From NCBI GenBank assembly GCA_013360865.1, contig JABWAS010000002.1:30159-94158 (forward strand): 64,000 nt of DNA. The letters run 5' to 3'. The position numbers and the translations under genes are program-made. Numbering within the stretch: the first letter of the stretch is position 1; every line of letters begins with the position of its first letter. The DNA comes from Candidatus Paceibacter sp. Lineage in GTDB: Bacteria > Patescibacteriota > Minisyncoccia > UBA9983. Below the pieces are notes generated by a model. The model did no database searches and was not told the origin of the DNA. It worked only from the letters and a program-made list of their open reading frames with translations. This document shows, piece after piece, positions 61,492 to 64,000 of this stretch.

Positions 61492-63384
61492 TTATTCTAT
61501 TACTTTATCGTCGCCCGTTTTTGTTTGCGGGTCGCCCGACAACTTTATACTTAATGCCTGCACATCCCCGCTTATTTCCTCTCCCGTGTAGTCGTCCATC
61601 GCCTCAATTTTGGCGGCGTTAATTAATATTGGCGTTTCTCCGATCTGGGAAAGACTCGGCGCGAAAGAAATCTGGAACGATAGTTCTTTCGCCGGAGATA
61701 TTATCCCCGTTCCGGCCGGAAGTTCGCCGAGGTTCCATGTCAGCTCGCCCGTTTTGTCGTCAAAAAACAAATCAGCCTCCGCCGGACTCTTCTGCCCGGT
61801 CAGCGTAACGTAAGGCGGCAAGGAAGACTTTATTTTGACTCCGGAAAGATTGTTGATGTTTCCGGCCAGCGACCAGGTGACGGTGTAGCTTGTTTCCGAA
61901 CCGGCTTTGGGCGGCATCGGCCCCGAATTGGCGAACGGTCCGGAATAGTAAAGCGAGTGTCCGGCCCCCTGCAACCTGGAGCCTACTATTATATTCTTTT
62001 CAACCATATCGGAAATTTCCCTGTTTTCAAACTCGTTGGACGTGCCGCGACCGAATATTCTGGCGGTTATTTTCACGCTGAAATCCTTATCTTCCGGCCC
62101 GTGAACCGGCAGCGGGTTTTGAAGATAAAAGCTCAACTGAGATTTGCCCGACTTCCCTGAAGATATGGCGCCCAGACCCCCCAGCGTGGACGGATTCCAA
62201 ACTATTTTATCGTCGGAGCTTCGGTAGAACCCCCGGCTGACGGACAAAGTTCTCGGATCGTAAGCCTCCCCCTCAATTTCCGTCTCTATTTGGGCGTCGC
62301 GGACTTCCGCTAGCAGATTATTAACCCACTCCAGGTCAACGCGAACGGAATCTCCCGGATAAACAATGTTCTTGTCCTGATCTTTGCCGTTTATCACAAC
62401 CGACAGATTAAGCGGCGATTTTTTTATGGATATTTTTTCCGAGGCGCTGCCGTAAACCCGCAGTTCGCCCCCCTCCCCGGGCAAGCCGACGGAAGAAACA
62501 AAAATCCTTTCCTCCGCGTTCTCTCCCTCCACCGTTCCGTTTATTGTAATAACGTTTTTCTGATTCGGTCCCAGATCGCCGATCAGCCAGACATTGCTGC
62601 TCTGCCTCGGCTCCGGCTCGGCGTCTATAAATCTGAATCCGGGCGGATACTTCATTTCCATCCGCAGATTTCTGGCCACCGATTCGGAATTGGAAACAAT
62701 CTCAACTTTAACCGCCACTTCCTGGCCGGACGCGGCCTCCTTGGGGACGGAAACGGTTATGCCGAGCGGCGCTTTAATTATCCTTACGGTGTACTCCGTC
62801 TCCTTGACGAAAATGGCGTTGGAGTCGGCGAGGCGATATTCCAAAGTCGCTTTTAATTTCTTCTCCTCGTTTTCCGTGCCGAAAAACACCGCATCAACTG
62901 ACTCGTTCACTATTTCTCCCGGACCGACGTCGTCAAGCGGGATTCTCGTCCGCGTCATCTGGTCGCCCTCCGGAGAGAAGCTGTTGGACGGAAAATCAAA
63001 AATAAGGTCGGCCATTTCCAGAGGCGTTTCGTTCTGGTTTTTTATCGTGAAGCTGAACTTGGCCGGTTGGCCGCCGTCAACGCTGACCGGCCCGGAGGCG
63101 GTGATGGTGATGTTGGAAGAAGAAATGACGTTGGAACCGGAAAACAGCAGATAAAGGAAAAAGCCGCCGATAATCAAAAAAAGCGCGCCTGACAGATAAA
63201 TGATAAGCCTGACCGGATCAAAAAAGCGGCTTTTTTTGCCGGCGGACGGCGCGTTTTCTTTCCAATAAGGCAGGATTTTTTCTTTTTCCGAACGCAAAGA
63301 CTCCCTGTCCAGCCGAGACGGGAAACTTTCCTCCTTTTTATATAATCTCTTTTTAAGTTTTTCTAAATTATTGCTCTCGTCCAT
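61492..63384 (-). CDS. large membrane-anchored surface protein
   Basis: 630 aa with a cytoplasmic N-terminus, one TM (LIIYLSGALFLIIGGFFLYLLF) and an about 550-aa beta-rich extracellular region. Confidence 0.45.
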   Translation of the reverse strand: MDESNNLEKLKKRLYKKEESFPSRLDRESLRSEKEKILPYWKENAPSAGKKSRFFDPVRLIIYLSGALFLIIGGFFLYLLFSGSNVISSSNITITASGPVSVDGGQPAKFSFTIKNQNETPLEMADLIFDFPSNSFSPEGDQMTRTRIPLDDVGPGEIVNESVDAVFFGTENEEKKLKATLEYRLADSNAIFVKETEYTVRIIKAPLGITVSVPKEAASGQEVAVKVEIVSNSESVARNLRMEMKYPPGFRFIDAEPEPRQSSNVWLIGDLGPNQKNVITINGTVEGENAEERIFVSSVGLPGEGGELRVYGSASEKISIKKSPLNLSVVINGKDQDKNIVYPGDSVRVDLEWVNNLLAEVRDAQIETEIEGEAYDPRTLSVSRGFYRSSDDKIVWNPSTLGGLGAISSGKSGKSQLSFYLQNPLPVHGPEDKDFSVKITARIFGRGTSNEFENREISDMVEKNIIVGSRLQGAGHSLYYSGPFANSGPMPPKAGSETSYTVTWSLAGNINNLSGVKIKSSLPPYVTLTGQKSPAEADLFFDDKTGELTWNLGELPAGTGIISPAKELSFQISFAPSLSQIGETPILINAAKIEAMDDYTGEEISGDVQALSIKLSGDPQTKTGDDKVIE

Positions 63385-63410
63385 ACAAAGCTATGAATAA
63401 TATACCATAT

Positions 63411-63941
63411 TTACAGCATACTTTCCTTAATGGCTCTGTTTATGGCGGAAACGGCGGCCAAACCGTTTCCCGGCATTGTTTCCATATATCCGAGACTGTG
63501 GAGAATGCCCGAAGCGGCTCGCGTTTCCAGGTCTTTCATGTTTTTAGAATCTGGCGTTTTTTCTTTTTTAAAAATCTCAAGGAAAAAGTCTTTAAGGTGT
63601 TTCCACGCCGTCTCGTTTTTTTCTTCGCCCTTTATCATTCTTACCAGCAAAGCGGCCAAACCGGAAAAACGTTCCAGCGCCTGGGAATTAAACGGAAGCG
63701 CCCGCGCGATGTCTCTGGCGTCCGTGATCTGCCAAAAATCGCCCAAAGAAATTACCGCGAATTCTCCGTAAGTGTACAAGTCCAGACCGTAACGCAATTT
63801 TGACTTCTCCAGCCGCGCGCCCTTGGCCGCCGCCATAATCATCCCGAATTTTTCCGTATAAATCCAAAACAGCCGGTCCGCCTCGCCGTAATCTTTTTTC
63901 TTGAGAATTATCCCTTCGGTTATGTAAATTTTATGAGCCAT
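63411..63941 (-). CDS. recO: DNA repair protein RecO (short form)
   Basis: N-terminal OB-fold consensus IYITEGIILKKKDYGEADRLFWIYTEKFG. 176 aa. Confidence 0.65.
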   Translation of the reverse strand: MAHKIYITEGIILKKKDYGEADRLFWIYTEKFGMIMAAAKGARLEKSKLRYGLDLYTYGEFAVISLGDFWQITDARDIARALPFNSQALERFSGLAALLVRMIKGEEKNETAWKHLKDFFLEIFKKEKTPDSKNMKDLETRAASGILHSLGYMETMPGNGLAAVSAINRAIKESML

Positions 63942-64000
63942 TTTTAAATGGACAAATTAACTTGAAATACTGTTTCATCTATTTTTACCTCCTCCCCTTT

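Overview
The window reads as a reduced, Patescibacteria/CPR-like bacterial genome. The supporting signals are a 23S rRNA interrupted by an ORF-less group I-type intron, a 23S-5S unit with no adjacent 16S, many small basic proteins, and a strong bias towards minus-strand coding. Gene content is core housekeeping and envelope: trpS, glyQS, prfB, glmS, nusA, ppa, gap-pgk-tpiA, ndk, FtsEX, FtsW/RodA, two S11-type PBPs, M23/S8/M16/HtpX peptidases, and recJ-rnhA-comEC. The most system-like region is a tightly packed minus-strand operon (44.2-53.8 kb). It carries pilB/gspE, pilC/gspF, four prepilin-like genes with G|F(S/G)LLE or G|VTLLE N-termini, and a PilX-like gene. A 1239-aa soluble repeat protein with a C-terminal GNAT fold sits inside it, and tpiA-pgk follow at its end. 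Other notable items are listed below.
- A 978-aa protein whose N-terminal ~370 aa look like a DHH/DHHA1 (NrnA-like) phosphoesterase fused to a ~600-aa Lys/Glu-rich tail.
- Three families of short intergenic inverted-repeat (MITE-like) elements, several of them flush against start codons.
- A 46-bp perfect palindrome in the prfB/PBP divergent region.
- A PBP paralogue that has lost the SxxK catalytic-serine segment.
- A 5S rRNA flanked by partial 5S-like inverted copies.
- An in-frame tandem palindromic insertion in rlmN.
- A HepT/MNT toxin-antitoxin pair.
No CRISPR array, integrase or transposase gene was seen.
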